NCBI GenBank assembly: GCA_964424985.1
Contig: CAYRKQ010000002.1
Coordinates: forward strand, 13,680 to 77,679
DNA length: 64,000 nucleotides
Source: an uncultured Candidatus Saccharibacteria bacterium
GTDB taxonomy: Bacteria > Patescibacteriota > Saccharimonadia > Saccharimonadales > UBA7683
Direction of reading: 5' to 3'
The notes below the pieces were generated by a model. The model did not search any database, was not told where the DNA came from, and worked only from the letters and a program-made list of their open reading frames with translations. Positions within the stretch are counted from its first letter, which is position 1. Every line of letters begins with the position of its first letter. This document shows positions 36,373-46,925 of the stretch, one piece after another. Both the position numbers and the translations under genes were made by a program.

Positions 36373-39054
36373 ATGGCAAAAAAACCTTCGGGGGGTTCGG
36401 TTCGAAAACCAGCGCATCGTAAAGGTGCTCATTCGGTATACAGTAATTTAGCGCGCAAACGGAAGGTGAAGGTTGATTCGCGCTCACGGCAAAAAGCTGA
36501 GTTTTTAGCCACCCTGCCGAAATCTCGCATTAAGCGCGTGGCACACCGCCTACACCCCCGTCGTTTCTTTAATTACTGGTTTTCTAAAGAAGGTGCTACC
36601 ACCGCGCTCAAGATTGCTGGGCTCGGCCTGGCTGCGTTTGTGGTACTTATTTTAGCCATCTTCGCCCTGTTTCGAAAAGATTTGGCGCTGGGTCCAGATG
36701 AACTCACCAGACGCGTTCAAAGCCGTACCACCAAGTTTTACGACCGCACCGGGCAAGTGCTACTTTACGATCTTTATAAAGACCAGCAATTGACCTATGT
36801 AGACTCAGATAAGGTTTCGAAGAACATGAAAAATGCGATGGTAGCTATTGAGGATAAAGATTTCTATAGGCATGGCGGCTTTGACGTAAAAGGTATTGCT
36901 CGCTCGGTGGTTAATAACGCCAGCGGCGGTGGGAAACAAGGCGCCTCAACTATCACCCAGCAGCTGGCGCGTGTGGTGATTCTGGAAGACAACACCGCTA
37001 CCGGGATGGCCGGCTACACGCGTAAAATTAAGGAGCTCATTCTTTCTATAGAGCTGGAGCGCTCCTACAACAAAGATGAAATTCTAAACTTCTATCTAAA
37101 CTCGGTGAGCTTTGGCGGCACCGCTATTGGCGTAGAATCTGCCGCTCAGCGTTACTTTAATAAACCAGCCAGCAAACTTTCGGTACCTGAGGCTGCCTAC
37201 ATTGCCTCTATTCCACAATATCCGACTCTATACGACAAAAATAACCCCGGCTTTGACGCTGAGCGAACAGTCACCCGCCAACAAACGGTGATTGATTACA
37301 TGCGAGATCAAGGCTACATCAGTAGCGAGGAGGCTAAGGAAGCGAAAGATGTTGACATTTTGGCAAAAATTAAGCCTTTAAAAAATCAACAGGACATTAA
37401 GGCACCTCATTTTGTGAATGAAATTATAAAAGAGCTTGAAGGAAAGTATGGTGCTGAAAATGTTCGCCAAGGTGGTTGGCGCATCACCACGACGCTAGAT
37501 TGGGACATGCAGCAACTAGCTGAAAAATCGATTAAAGATAATATCGCCAACATCGATGCCCGAAATGGTGACAACGCCGCGTTAGTAGCAATTGACGTCA
37601 AAACAAATCAAGTTCTAGCCATGGCCGGTAGTCGTAGCTACACCCAGCCTGGTTTTGGTCAGACCAACGCCGCGACCGCGCCTTTGCAGCCAGGTTCAAG
37701 CCTGAAACCATTTGTTTACGGTGAGCTCTTTGAGCAAGGCTCTTACGGTCCCGGCAGTGTCATCCCCGACAGCCGACAGGCTTTTTACGGTATCTACCCG
37801 AATAACTTCGATCGAGGATTTCGTGGCAACATTACCCTTAGGAGTGCTCTGGCAGAATCCCGTAACCTTCCGGCCATGAAGGCGGCTCAATTTGCCGGCA
37901 TGGATAAGGTGATCGGATCACTTAAAAAAGCTGGTGAAGAAAATATTACCTGTGGTACTGAAAACGAATGTACCAACCCGTTTCTGGCAATTGGCTCAGG
38001 TGATGTGCGGCTTGACGAACACACCGCAGCATATGCTTCGCTGGCGCGTGGGTACGTCGCCAAACCAAAGGCTGAAATTTTGAAAATTGAAAAACCTAAC
38101 GGAGAAATTGTAGAAGAATGGAAAGACAGCGATGGTACACAGATTTATAAAGACCAAAGCCATGGTGAACAGCTCAGATTCTTACTAAGTAGCATGCTTT
38201 CAGACGACGTCGCCCGAGCGCCCACCTTTGGTTTTGGACAACGCTGGTTCAACCCGGCCAATGTGAAGATCGCCGTTAAAACTGGTACAACCGATAACTC
38301 GAAAGATGGCTGGATGATGGGCTATTCACCAAAGCTGGCCGTTGGCGTATGGGCTGGCAACCATGACGGTACTCCAATGGGCACCGCTACCGATCAAAGC
38401 ACTGGCCCGATCTTCGCTCAATTTGTACCCGAAGCGCATACGAAAATAATGAGCAAACCCCAATATGGCTGGAAACCAAATGAATGGTTCCCTCAGCCAC
38501 AAGGCATACAACGACTTGCAATTGGGGGCAGAACCGACTTCTTCCAATCGTGGTTTAGAAAGCCCCGTGAAACAAAAAAGAAGTACGAAATGGACAAGGT
38601 TTCTAAAAAACTAGCCACTTCGTGTACACCAGCGGGTGCCAAAGAAACTATTGAGGTCTCGGTTTTGAGCGATCCACGTCGCCCTGGCAGCGAAGTTGTC
38701 GGTCTACCTCCTGCTGGCTATGACATCAAAAACAAAGACGATGTCCATAAATGCGGCGACAAAAAACCATCGGTTGGCGCCATTAACTCCCCTACACCAG
38801 TCGGAGACGGCAGTAACGGTCAATATGCACTCAAAGTACAGAGCGTATCGAGGGGTAAGTTTTCGCTATCTAAAGTTGAATTTATTGTTAACGGTCAGGT
38901 GGTAAGTTCGCAGAATGCGGGTGGATCGTCATATTCAACCAGCTATAAGTTCCCCAAAAATGGTACATATACTATTAGGGTGCGAGTTACTGACAGTGGG
39001 TATTACGATAGTGAAAGAAGTATAACCGTACCTATCACAACAATTTCTGATTAA
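36373..39054 (+). CDS. Class A penicillin-binding protein (transglycosylase plus transpeptidase) with a C-terminal extension of about 200 aa
   Basis: 893 aa. N-terminal TM, GT51 motifs (AIEDKDFYRHGGFD, RSYNKDEILN), and the transpeptidase SSLKP SxxK motif. Confidence 0.85.
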   Translation: MAKKPSGGSVRKPAHRKGAHSVYSNLARKRKVKVDSRSRQKAEFLATLPKSRIKRVAHRLHPRRFFNYWFSKEGATTALKIAGLGLAAFVVLILAIFALFRKDLALGPDELTRRVQSRTTKFYDRTGQVLLYDLYKDQQLTYVDSDKVSKNMKNAMVAIEDKDFYRHGGFDVKGIARSVVNNASGGGKQGASTITQQLARVVILEDNTATGMAGYTRKIKELILSIELERSYNKDEILNFYLNSVSFGGTAIGVESAAQRYFNKPASKLSVPEAAYIASIPQYPTLYDKNNPGFDAERTVTRQQTVIDYMRDQGYISSEEAKEAKDVDILAKIKPLKNQQDIKAPHFVNEIIKELEGKYGAENVRQGGWRITTTLDWDMQQLAEKSIKDNIANIDARNGDNAALVAIDVKTNQVLAMAGSRSYTQPGFGQTNAATAPLQPGSSLKPFVYGELFEQGSYGPGSVIPDSRQAFYGIYPNNFDRGFRGNITLRSALAESRNLPAMKAAQFAGMDKVIGSLKKAGEENITCGTENECTNPFLAIGSGDVRLDEHTAAYASLARGYVAKPKAEILKIEKPNGEIVEEWKDSDGTQIYKDQSHGEQLRFLLSSMLSDDVARAPTFGFGQRWFNPANVKIAVKTGTTDNSKDGWMMGYSPKLAVGVWAGNHDGTPMGTATDQSTGPIFAQFVPEAHTKIMSKPQYGWKPNEWFPQPQGIQRLAIGGRTDFFQSWFRKPRETKKKYEMDKVSKKLATSCTPAGAKETIEVSVLSDPRRPGSEVVGLPPAGYDIKNKDDVHKCGDKKPSVGAINSPTPVGDGSNGQYALKVQSVSRGKFSLSKVEFIVNGQVVSSQNAGGSSYSTSYKFPKNGTYTIRVRVTDSGYYDSERSITVPITTISD

Positions 39055-39759
39055 TTATTTTCGGCGACTTGAAGAAAGCGCTTTGGCGAACATCATGCGG
39101 CCGGCGGTGGTTTGCAAGTTGCGTGTGAATTCCACTTGCACTGTCTTTCCTTGCAAGCCACCAGCGCGTTCTACGACCACCATAGTGCCGTCTTCGAGGT
39201 ATCCAACACCTTGGGTGCGTTCTTGGCCTTTTTGCACAATCTTAAGCTCAGCACGCTCGCCTGGCAGCCTTGAGGGTCGAAGGTTTTGAGCAAGCTCGTT
39301 GATATTGAGTACTCTCACTCCTTCAATTTCAGCCACCTTTAAAAGATTATAGTCGGTGGTGTAAAGCATGGCGCCGGTTTTTTGTGCCACTTTTACCAGT
39401 TTTTCATCAACGCCTGTTTCGCTTGCCACGTCATCAGAAATTATTCTCACTTCGGCATGGCGGCTATCTTGCAGTTCTTGAATCACCTGCAAGCCATAAC
39501 GGGCTCGCTCACGCTTTAAATGGTCTGCTCTATCCGCCAAAAGCTGCAGTTCAGCAATAACAAACCGCGGCACTAGTAGTTCGCCCGGCACAAAACCCGA
39601 ACGCACCACCTCCACCACGCGACCATCCATAATGGCGCTAGTATCAAGCAGTACACGTGAACTCGCCTTAGGCACACGCTTATGCAGCAGTACATAAAGT
39701 ACGGCCAATGTTGCCACTAAGCTTCCGATGCTCACCAATAATGTTATGTTTTCTCGCAT
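39055..39759 (-). CDS. yacL: PIN/TRAM domain protein (YacL-like)
   Basis: 234 aa with an N-terminal TM, a PIN domain (VLLDTSAIMDGR) and a C-terminal TRAM domain. It sits directly downstream of radA, as in Firmicutes. Confidence 0.65.
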   Translation of the reverse strand: MRENITLLVSIGSLVATLAVLYVLLHKRVPKASSRVLLDTSAIMDGRVVEVVRSGFVPGELLVPRFVIAELQLLADRADHLKRERARYGLQVIQELQDSRHAEVRIISDDVASETGVDEKLVKVAQKTGAMLYTTDYNLLKVAEIEGVRVLNINELAQNLRPSRLPGERAELKIVQKGQERTQGVGYLEDGTMVVVERAGGLQGKTVQVEFTRNLQTTAGRMMFAKALSSSRRK

Positions 39760-39772
39760 ATATTCCCTTCTT

Positions 39773-41113
39773 CTACGAACTGAGGTAGGTATTAAGCGCT
39801 TCTCGCAAGTCTTTTACTGAATGCAGCACGGTCGATTTGGTTTCAGTTTTAGGCCCTATGGCAAGCTTAAAGCCCAGGCTCCTCGCCTCCTTCAATCGCT
39901 TTTCAATTTGCGGCACTCGGCGCACTTCACCAGAAAGGCCAACTTCACCAAAGACAACCGCATCTTGCTTTAATTTCAAGCCCTTGGCTGCCGAAGCAAT
40001 GGCCATGCAGACGGCCAGGTCGGCTGCCGGCTCGGTAATCTTCATGCCGCCAACAATATTGATGTACACGTCTTGTTCGCTCAAATCAAGTTTTGTACGG
40101 CGTGAAAGAACTGCTGTCAGTAGCGTCAGGCGGTTAAGATCAAACCCGGAGGCTGCGCGCTTCGGATAACCAAACGATGTACGATTCACCAGTGCTTGCA
40201 CCTCAACGAGTATTGGTCGCGTTCCTTCCATGGCAGCCAGCACAATTGAGCCATCAGCAACTTGACGCTCAGCCAGCAGTGTTGCCGAGGGGTTATCAAC
40301 CGGCAGCAGGCCGTCTTCTTTCATTTCAAAAATACCAACCTCGGCCGTTGAACCATAACGGTTCTTAATAGCGCGCAGTGTTTTGAACCCGCCGTACCGA
40401 TCACCCTCCAGGCTCATCACGACATCAACCAAGTGTTCAAGCAGCTTTGGCCCGGCAATTGAACCTTCTTTTGTGACATGCCCCACTAAAATAAGGGTCG
40501 TATTTGAACTTTTTGAAACCTGAGAAAGTACATGTGTTGAATTCGTAATCTGGCTGACACTGCCAGGAGCAGAACTCACGGCACTTGAAGCAATGGTTTG
40601 AATTGAATCAACAATAACCACTTCATAGTCACCCGAGAGAATTGTCTGCGCAATATCTTCAGTACTGTTGGAGCTCGCCAGCAAGACATCTTTAAAGTTT
40701 TTAGTAATACGTTCAGCCCGCTCACTTACCTGGTCAAGTGATTCCTCGCCACTCACGTAAAGCACCCTTTGATTTTTAGCAATATTTGCCGCCATTTGCA
40801 TAAGCAGCGTGCTCTTACCAATACCTGGCTGTCCGGCCATAAGGTTTACACTGCCACTCACGAAACCGCCGCCAAGTACGTTGTCAACATCTTTGACTAA
40901 ACTTGAGATTCGCTTAAAATTTTTAGATTTTGGTGATCCCGCTGCAATCGGTTTTAGCTGAGTACCTTTTAAACTTGCTGCTGCGCCGGCTGATGTTGGC
41001 GGCAGCTGCTCTATAAGACTATTCCAGGCACCACAGCTTGAGCAGCGTCCCGCCCATTTACTGTGTTTATACCCGCACTCTTGGCACACAAACTGTGCTG
41101 ATGATTTTGCCAT
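39773..41113 (-). CDS. radA: DNA repair protein RadA/Sms
   Basis: 446 aa. N-terminal C4 zinc finger (CQECGYK...CSSCGAW), Walker A GQPGIGKST, and a Lon-like C-terminal domain. Confidence 0.9.
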   Translation of the reverse strand: MAKSSAQFVCQECGYKHSKWAGRCSSCGAWNSLIEQLPPTSAGAAASLKGTQLKPIAAGSPKSKNFKRISSLVKDVDNVLGGGFVSGSVNLMAGQPGIGKSTLLMQMAANIAKNQRVLYVSGEESLDQVSERAERITKNFKDVLLASSNSTEDIAQTILSGDYEVVIVDSIQTIASSAVSSAPGSVSQITNSTHVLSQVSKSSNTTLILVGHVTKEGSIAGPKLLEHLVDVVMSLEGDRYGGFKTLRAIKNRYGSTAEVGIFEMKEDGLLPVDNPSATLLAERQVADGSIVLAAMEGTRPILVEVQALVNRTSFGYPKRAASGFDLNRLTLLTAVLSRRTKLDLSEQDVYINIVGGMKITEPAADLAVCMAIASAAKGLKLKQDAVVFGEVGLSGEVRRVPQIEKRLKEARSLGFKLAIGPKTETKSTVLHSVKDLREALNTYLSS

Positions 41114-41133
41114 ATCTACTTCTTAGTATAGCA

Positions 41134-42096
41134 CTAGTCTATTGTTTGGCTGGAGCTATTGAGCTCATCGAGAAGATCGTTTTCAGCTACTGCAATGCTG
41201 TTTCGAGTTTCAACGAGTTCATTATACTGTCCAATTTTAGCGCGCAGATTTGCAACGCCCGCGTTATAGCTTTGGACAAGTTCGTTATAGATAGGAACCC
41301 TCTGGTTATAAGCTGTAATCTGGTCACCACTCCTAAGAGTATTCAGCTCAGCTTGCAGCTGGTCAAGTTCACGACGGCCACTGTTTGCCTGCGTCTGTAA
41401 GGCATCAATATCACTCTTTAGCTGTCTTAGTTGTCTGTCGTACTGTTGTCGCTTTTCCTCCAGCTCCGAAAATGTCTGCTGATACTTATTAAAGTAGTCA
41501 ACAATTTTTGAGCGATCTAAAAAGTACTTTTCATAATGCGTTTCCAGTGCTGGAGAGAGCGAACGAAGCTCCGTACCAAAAATTGCGTACATTTCATTAT
41601 AAAAATCTGCCTGGCTGACATCTTTGTAGAGCGCCAGGGTGTCTTTGATTCTGTTGTCTGTAATCTTTTGTGACTGGGCTTGCAGCAGTTTATTCACTTG
41701 CTGCTTTTCTGAGCTTGAAAAACGCGCATACACGGCATGTAACAGTTCGTGCGCCGCCGTTACTTCTCGTACCCCATTGAGCTTCCTCTCTTTAACGTCG
41801 TAGATGTAAATCCGCTGTCCGGCGTAGCAGCCCAGGACAATATTCTTTTTCTCCAGCCCCCCACAAGACATTCTAAATTGCTTGGCAGACTGCAGCTGCG
41901 CCTGGCTGGCCTGATAGATAAAATCAGCCCGCGCCGTAAGGGTTATTCGCTTACCAAGAGCGGCTTCTTCAGCCCCAATATCCGTGGTGCTCACTGTGTA
42001 GTAATCTTTTATATACTGACGATTAGCGTAGACGAGCCACAAGACACCAACCAGTACAATAACAGCGAGCGCTAATAAAGCAGGTCGTTTTTTCAC
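41134..42096 (-). CDS. Membrane-anchored hypothetical protein with an HExxH motif (AAHELLHAVY) and a C-terminal coiled coil
   Basis: 320 aa with an N-terminal TM helix. It may be a zinc metallopeptidase. Confidence 0.45.
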   Translation of the reverse strand: MKKRPALLALAVIVLVGVLWLVYANRQYIKDYYTVSTTDIGAEEAALGKRITLTARADFIYQASQAQLQSAKQFRMSCGGLEKKNIVLGCYAGQRIYIYDVKERKLNGVREVTAAHELLHAVYARFSSSEKQQVNKLLQAQSQKITDNRIKDTLALYKDVSQADFYNEMYAIFGTELRSLSPALETHYEKYFLDRSKIVDYFNKYQQTFSELEEKRQQYDRQLRQLKSDIDALQTQANSGRRELDQLQAELNTLRSGDQITAYNQRVPIYNELVQSYNAGVANLRAKIGQYNELVETRNSIAVAENDLLDELNSSSQTID

Positions 42097-42114
42097 GTCT
42101 TTATAGTAGCATGC

Positions 42115-44652
42115 TTATGATTTTTTGGTTTTTTTAGCGACCGATTGAACTTCGCCATCAAAGGTCAGCTTCTTTTTGTGAACACCAACCACTACTGTTT
42201 GCTCGGTCTTAAATTCACTCTGCAGAACACCTTCAGCCAAGCGGTCTTCCAGTTCGTCCTGAATAGCTCTACGGAGTCCACGCACGCCATTATGAGCGTC
42301 GTAGCCTTTTTCTAGCAGCCACTTCTTGGCGGCTGGGCGGACAATCAGCTGCAGTGGTGTGGTGGTCTGAGCTAAGCGAGTGTTGAGCTCTGCTATTTGC
42401 ATGTCGAGCACCTTGCTGGCTTCTTTTTTGGTTAAGGCACGGAAGACGACAATTTTGTCGAGCCGGTTAATCAGCTCCGGGCGCATGGTATGGCGCAGCT
42501 CCGCCATAACGCGGTCTTTATTGCTTTCATGCAAATCATCAAGATTGTCCTGGTCTTTTTTGGTTTCAACCTGAAAACCAAGTACTGACTCTTTTTGTAA
42601 GCTATCAGCGCCAATGTTTCCGGTCATGATGATGATGGTGTTGGTGAAATCCACACTCCTTCCTTTGGCGTCGGTGAGCACGCCATCTTCTAGAATCTGC
42701 AGTAGCATATTAAAAATGTCCGGGTGGGCTTTTTCAATTTCATCAAACAAAATTAAACTATACGGGTTACGGCGAACCTTATCGGTCAGTTGTCCGGCAT
42801 CTTCGTAGCCCACGTAGCCTGCGGGAGCTCCAACCAGCCTTGCCGCCGTATGACGCTCGCTAAATTCACTCATGTCAATTTTAATCATTGAATCTTTGCG
42901 GCTAAACATTTCTTGCGCCAGTACCCGGGCTAGTTCGGTTTTACCGACCCCCGTTGGACCGAGGAATATAAAGGAGCCAATCGGGCGGCGCTTGTCGCTC
43001 ATGCCCATGCGGTTGCGGCGAATTGCCCGAGCCACCGCGGTAATTGCCTCTTGCTGTCCAATGACGTGTTTGGCCAAGTTCTTTTCAAGATTTAAAAGAT
43101 AGGCGGCCTCTTGTTTAATAACCTTTTGTGCCGGAATGCCTGTCATCAGTTCAATGGTTTGCGCCAAATCGCGCTCTGTCAGGGTCAACTTTGTTCGGGA
43201 ACGACCCCGTAACTTCTCAAGCGATTTTTCAAGCTCAGCCAACTTTGTTTTATGCCGCGCAGCTGCCTCAAAGTTTTCGTGGTCAACCGCTTCATGCATA
43301 CGGTGGCGTACCAGCTTCATTTCTTTCAAAAGCTTTCGCTGCGATTCCGGCGTTTTACCGCGAGAAATACCGATGGTAGCTGCCGCTTCATCAAGCAAAT
43401 CAAGTGCCTTGTCGGGCATAAAGCGCTCGCTCAAGTATTTGTCACTCAAATTCACGGCTTCTTCAATCAGCTTGTCGGAAATAACCACACTATGATGTTC
43501 TTCGTAGTGCTTGCGGAGCCCTTTAAGAATTTCTTCGGTCTGGCGAATACTTGGTGGATGTACCATAACAGTCTGGAAACGTCGCTCCAAGGCACTGTCT
43601 TTTTCAATGCTCTTTCGGTACTCTTCAACCGTAGTGGCACCAACAATGCGAACAGTGCCGCGAGAAAGCATTGGTTTTAGCATATTAGCTGCGTCCATAG
43701 AACCTTCTGCCGCACCAGCACCAACCAGTAGGTGTATCTCATCAATAAATAGCAGTACGCTATCATCGTTGGCAATCTCATGCATTAAAGCCTTCAAACG
43801 TTCTTCAAACTCACCACGATACTTGGTGCCGGCAATTAAACTAGCCAGATCAAGCATCACCACGCGTTTATCAAGCAGCTTTTCAGGCACTTGCTCTTTG
43901 GCAATCAGCTGTGCCAAACCTTCAACAATGGCCGTTTTACCAACACCTGGTTCACCAATAAGGACGGGGTTGTTTTTGCTACGGCGGCTCAGAATGGTTG
44001 TCACGCGGCGAATCTCCTCTTCTCGGCCAATAACGGGGTCGAGGCGACCTTCGCGAGCTTCAGCTGTTAGATCTGTCCCGAAAAACTCTAGTGCAGTCTT
44101 GCCTTTTTTGCGTTTGGTCTTGGGTTTACCCGTTCGTTCGCCCGTTTCTTCAAATTCGTACCGCTGTTGATTCAGGTACTGTTCCAGCTCTACCAGGAGT
44201 TCTTCAACATTAATGTTCATATCACGCAGGAGCACATTCGCCCGGGCATTTTTTTGAATTAAAATGCCATAAAGAATATGCTCGGTGCCACAAAAATCTT
44301 GATTAAACTCTTTAGCAATTTCCCAACTAGTTCTGAGCGTCAATTTAGCCGCCTCACTTAACCCTTTGCTGCCAACACTAATAACAATTGATTTAGGGGT
44401 GAGTTTGAGTGCCGTACGAGCCCGGTCAATAGTAACGCCCGAGGTTTCCAGAAGTTTAGCTCCAACAGATGATTGCTGCGCCAAAACGCCCAGTAAAATA
44501 TGTTCCGTGCCAATGTAGGCGCTACCGAACCCACGAGCAATGCCATCGGCGTTGCGCAGCGAAGAACGGGCGTTATCAGTCAGCCGTTTCATATATTCAT
44601 CAAAATCAGATCGTGCCTGCATACTTCTAGTATACCCCTCCATTGATGTCAT
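42115..44652 (-). CDS. clpC: ATP-dependent Clp protease ATP-binding subunit ClpC
   Basis: 845 aa. Clp N-domain repeats ([11 protein letters not shown]), two AAA+ modules (GEPGVGKT and GPTGVGKT), and a UVR-like linker. The true start is probably an internal Met (MQARS or MKRLT). Confidence 0.9.
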   Translation of the reverse strand: MTSMEGYTRSMQARSDFDEYMKRLTDNARSSLRNADGIARGFGSAYIGTEHILLGVLAQQSSVGAKLLETSGVTIDRARTALKLTPKSIVISVGSKGLSEAAKLTLRTSWEIAKEFNQDFCGTEHILYGILIQKNARANVLLRDMNINVEELLVELEQYLNQQRYEFEETGERTGKPKTKRKKGKTALEFFGTDLTAEAREGRLDPVIGREEEIRRVTTILSRRSKNNPVLIGEPGVGKTAIVEGLAQLIAKEQVPEKLLDKRVVMLDLASLIAGTKYRGEFEERLKALMHEIANDDSVLLFIDEIHLLVGAGAAEGSMDAANMLKPMLSRGTVRIVGATTVEEYRKSIEKDSALERRFQTVMVHPPSIRQTEEILKGLRKHYEEHHSVVISDKLIEEAVNLSDKYLSERFMPDKALDLLDEAAATIGISRGKTPESQRKLLKEMKLVRHRMHEAVDHENFEAAARHKTKLAELEKSLEKLRGRSRTKLTLTERDLAQTIELMTGIPAQKVIKQEAAYLLNLEKNLAKHVIGQQEAITAVARAIRRNRMGMSDKRRPIGSFIFLGPTGVGKTELARVLAQEMFSRKDSMIKIDMSEFSERHTAARLVGAPAGYVGYEDAGQLTDKVRRNPYSLILFDEIEKAHPDIFNMLLQILEDGVLTDAKGRSVDFTNTIIIMTGNIGADSLQKESVLGFQVETKKDQDNLDDLHESNKDRVMAELRHTMRPELINRLDKIVVFRALTKKEASKVLDMQIAELNTRLAQTTTPLQLIVRPAAKKWLLEKGYDAHNGVRGLRRAIQDELEDRLAEGVLQSEFKTEQTVVVGVHKKKLTFDGEVQSVAKKTKKS

Positions 44653-44710
44653 TTCGAGCGAAGTCGAGAAATATGCTTTTATTCTGTATCACAAATACAA
44701 TTGTACAGAA

Positions 44711-44737
44711 TTAGCACTCTCAATGCAAGACTGCTAA
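44711..44737 (-). promoter_or_regulatory. CIRCE inverted repeat (HrcA operator) upstream of clpC
   Basis: The plus strand reads TTAGCACTC-N9-GACTGCTAA, with arms identical to the clpP copy. It lies immediately after the stop of the 79 aa ORF. Confidence 0.7.
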
Positions 44738-44739
44738 CG

Positions 44740-44979
44740 CTAGAGTAGGTCGGACTTGACCTTATGATTAACAACCGAGCATTCACCATTTAGTATTCTG
44801 CGTGCGCAACTGAAGATTGCCTCAGCTCTTGGTTCAGATACACCTGACGCTCGTCGAATTAATTCTCGCACTGGAGACGGAAAATCACTGTCAGTCAAAA
44901 GCTTGATTGCAACTTCCACTTGAGGATACCAGTCCTCTGTATTATTGAGGCCGCAAATCTCATTACAGGCGTCTGTCAT
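44740..44979 (-). CDS. Hypothetical 79 aa Cys-containing protein between nusA and clpC
   Basis: Its ATG is 3 nt after the nusA stop. It has four Cys. It does not look like YlxR. Confidence 0.35.
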   Translation of the reverse strand: MTDACNEICGLNNTEDWYPQVEVAIKLLTDSDFPSPVRELIRRASGVSEPRAEAIFSCARRILNGECSVVNHKVKSDLL

Positions 44980-44981
44980 AG

Positions 44982-46202
44982 CTACTCTCCGTGAGAATCG
45001 ATGGCGTCTAGTAGGCCGGCTTCGATGTCGTCGCGGCGTTTTGGCTTTGATGGTTTTTTGGGGGCAGCTTCTTTCACTTCTGGTTTTGGCTCAGGCTTTA
45101 CTTCAACTGGGGCTGCGGGCGCAGCCTCGGCAACTAGCTCAACGGGAGCGGGCTTGTTGTCGCGAGATTCGATATCAAGTTCATACCCAGTTAACTTGCT
45201 GGCTAGGCGGACGTTTTGGCCACCTTTACCAATGGCAATGGAAAGCTGGTCTTGGGCAACAATGACGCGAGCGTGCTTGTGGGCTTCGTCGATTTCCACT
45301 TTTTGAACCTCAGTTGGTGAAAGGGCATTTTTGATGTAGGTTTCGGTATCTTCAGCAAAGGTGATGATATCGATTTTTTCCTGATCGCCAATTTCGTTCA
45401 TGACTGCTTGTACACGTGTTCCGTGACCACCGACAAACGTACCTACAGGGTCAACACCTGGTACGGTTGAAGCCACTGCCAGCTTAGTACGCATACCAGC
45501 TTGACGAGCAATACCTTTAATTTCGACGGCGCCGCTTTCCATTTCGGGCACTTCTTGGCGGAAGAGGTATTCAATAAACTTTTCATTAGCGCGAGAAAGC
45601 ACCAGCTGTGGACCGCGGAATTCTCGTTCGACATCTTTCAAAAAGACTTTTACGCGTGAGCCAACGCCGTAGTATTCACCTGGAATCTGCTCACTGCCTG
45701 GTAAAATACCGACAGCCTTGCCAAGATCAATGCGCACCAAACGAGCCTCAACCCGCTGCACGGTACCCACCAGTACCGTACCAATTTTGTCTTCGTATTC
45801 ATTCATAATAATTTCACGCTCCGCTTCACGCAGACGCTGTAAAATCACCTGTTTGGCAGTCTGAGCAGCCACGCGACCAAAGGTAGTTGGGCTGTCTTTC
45901 AGTTCAATAACATCTCCCACCTTAGCGTCTTTCTTATGAGCTTTTGCCTGCTCCACAGTCAGCTGCTGCGCGTCGTTTTCAACAGCATCGTCTTCAACCA
46001 CGTCGTAGCTGGTAATGGCCGTCATGTCACCGGTATGTTGATTTAAAATAACTTTGACGTTTTGCTCACGCTCACCGAAATCTTTACGGTAAGCCGCAGC
46101 AAGCGCTTGCTCCACGGCTTCGTTCACCACGTCTTCTGGCAAGTTCTTCTCTTCTGCAATCTGCTTAATTGCCGTCACGAGTTGTTTAATTTGTAATTCC
46201 AT
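44982..46202 (-). CDS. nusA: Transcription termination/antitermination factor NusA
   Basis: 406 aa with an N-terminal domain, S1 and KH1/KH2 regions, and a Pro/Lys-rich C-terminal tail. Confidence 0.9.
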   Translation of the reverse strand: MELQIKQLVTAIKQIAEEKNLPEDVVNEAVEQALAAAYRKDFGEREQNVKVILNQHTGDMTAITSYDVVEDDAVENDAQQLTVEQAKAHKKDAKVGDVIELKDSPTTFGRVAAQTAKQVILQRLREAEREIIMNEYEDKIGTVLVGTVQRVEARLVRIDLGKAVGILPGSEQIPGEYYGVGSRVKVFLKDVEREFRGPQLVLSRANEKFIEYLFRQEVPEMESGAVEIKGIARQAGMRTKLAVASTVPGVDPVGTFVGGHGTRVQAVMNEIGDQEKIDIITFAEDTETYIKNALSPTEVQKVEIDEAHKHARVIVAQDQLSIAIGKGGQNVRLASKLTGYELDIESRDNKPAPVELVAEAAPAAPVEVKPEPKPEVKEAAPKKPSKPKRRDDIEAGLLDAIDSHGE

Positions 46203-46297
46203 TTTAGTTTCCTTTCTTTATCGTCTGTCATTTCGAGCTTGTCGAGAAATCTATATTAGATTCTCCGATAAACTCAATATGACGTCTGCTTCTTATG

Positions 46298-46320
46298 AAA
46301 AAACCCGACCTGCTGGCCGG
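46298..46320 (-). terminator. Intrinsic terminator after the 46351..46869 gene
   Basis: The minus strand reads CCGGCCagcaGGUCGG followed by GUUUUUU. Confidence 0.5.
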
Positions 46321-46350
46321 ACTACATGCTTGATTATACCCCTTTCCCCG

Positions 46351-46869
46351 TTAGCTTGCAAGCGCTTTAGGTAATGCCGTAAGCGCAAGTGCAGTTGCGG
46401 TTAGTCGGGACAGTGTCTGTGTCGGCTGTCCGTTGCTAGCAACAAGCTCAGCACCAACAGCTATTTTCGTAAAGTGAACAGCAAAGCCGGCCACGCTACC
46501 TATTTCTGAAAGCTCGGGTACCGCCTCGCCAAACAAGGTAGCCTCACCAACTTCAAACCCTTTTAAGCCACCTCGTGGATAAACGTTTACAGTATGCGTA
46601 CCACCCATTCGATAAGCGTCGAAATGAGCTTCCCTGAATCTAGTATTGGGGTTTTTCCTATCATTTATCATCACAATCCCATTGTCATTAATGGGGACAC
46701 GGTGATCTCCTAGTCTTGTGTGATTACCATCGCTCACGTTATCTAAATCAAGGATGCCGGGAAGTCGCGAGAATATCATGCTAAAACAGCGATGAGGGGT
46801 TTTATCAGAACCTACGATCGCTAGGTCAATCCACTCTTCGGTATCAGGTAATTGTACAAAATCGCCCAT
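46351..46869 (-). CDS. Hypothetical 172 aa protein, leaderless
   Basis: A TTGACA-N4-TTGACA-N8-TATAAT promoter at 46878..46907 ends 8 nt before the ATG. Confidence 0.5.
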   Translation of the reverse strand: MGDFVQLPDTEEWIDLAIVGSDKTPHRCFSMIFSRLPGILDLDNVSDGNHTRLGDHRVPINDNGIVMINDRKNPNTRFREAHFDAYRMGGTHTVNVYPRGGLKGFEVGEATLFGEAVPELSEIGSVAGFAVHFTKIAVGAELVASNGQPTQTLSRLTATALALTALPKALAS

Positions 46870-46877
46870 ATCTTTTT

Positions 46878-46907
46878 ATTATAGCACACTCTGTCAAGTT
46901 TTGTCAA
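46878..46907 (-). promoter_or_regulatory. Consensus double-TTGACA promoter
   Basis: The minus strand reads TTGACAaaacTTGACAgagtgtgcTATAAT. Confidence 0.55.
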
Positions 46908-46925
46908 TGCTTTATACTTATTTTC

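Noticed and set aside
43511-44170. 219 aa Ser/Arg-rich ORF on the plus strand
   Set aside because: Antisense to clpC, with low-complexity composition typical of shadow ORFs.
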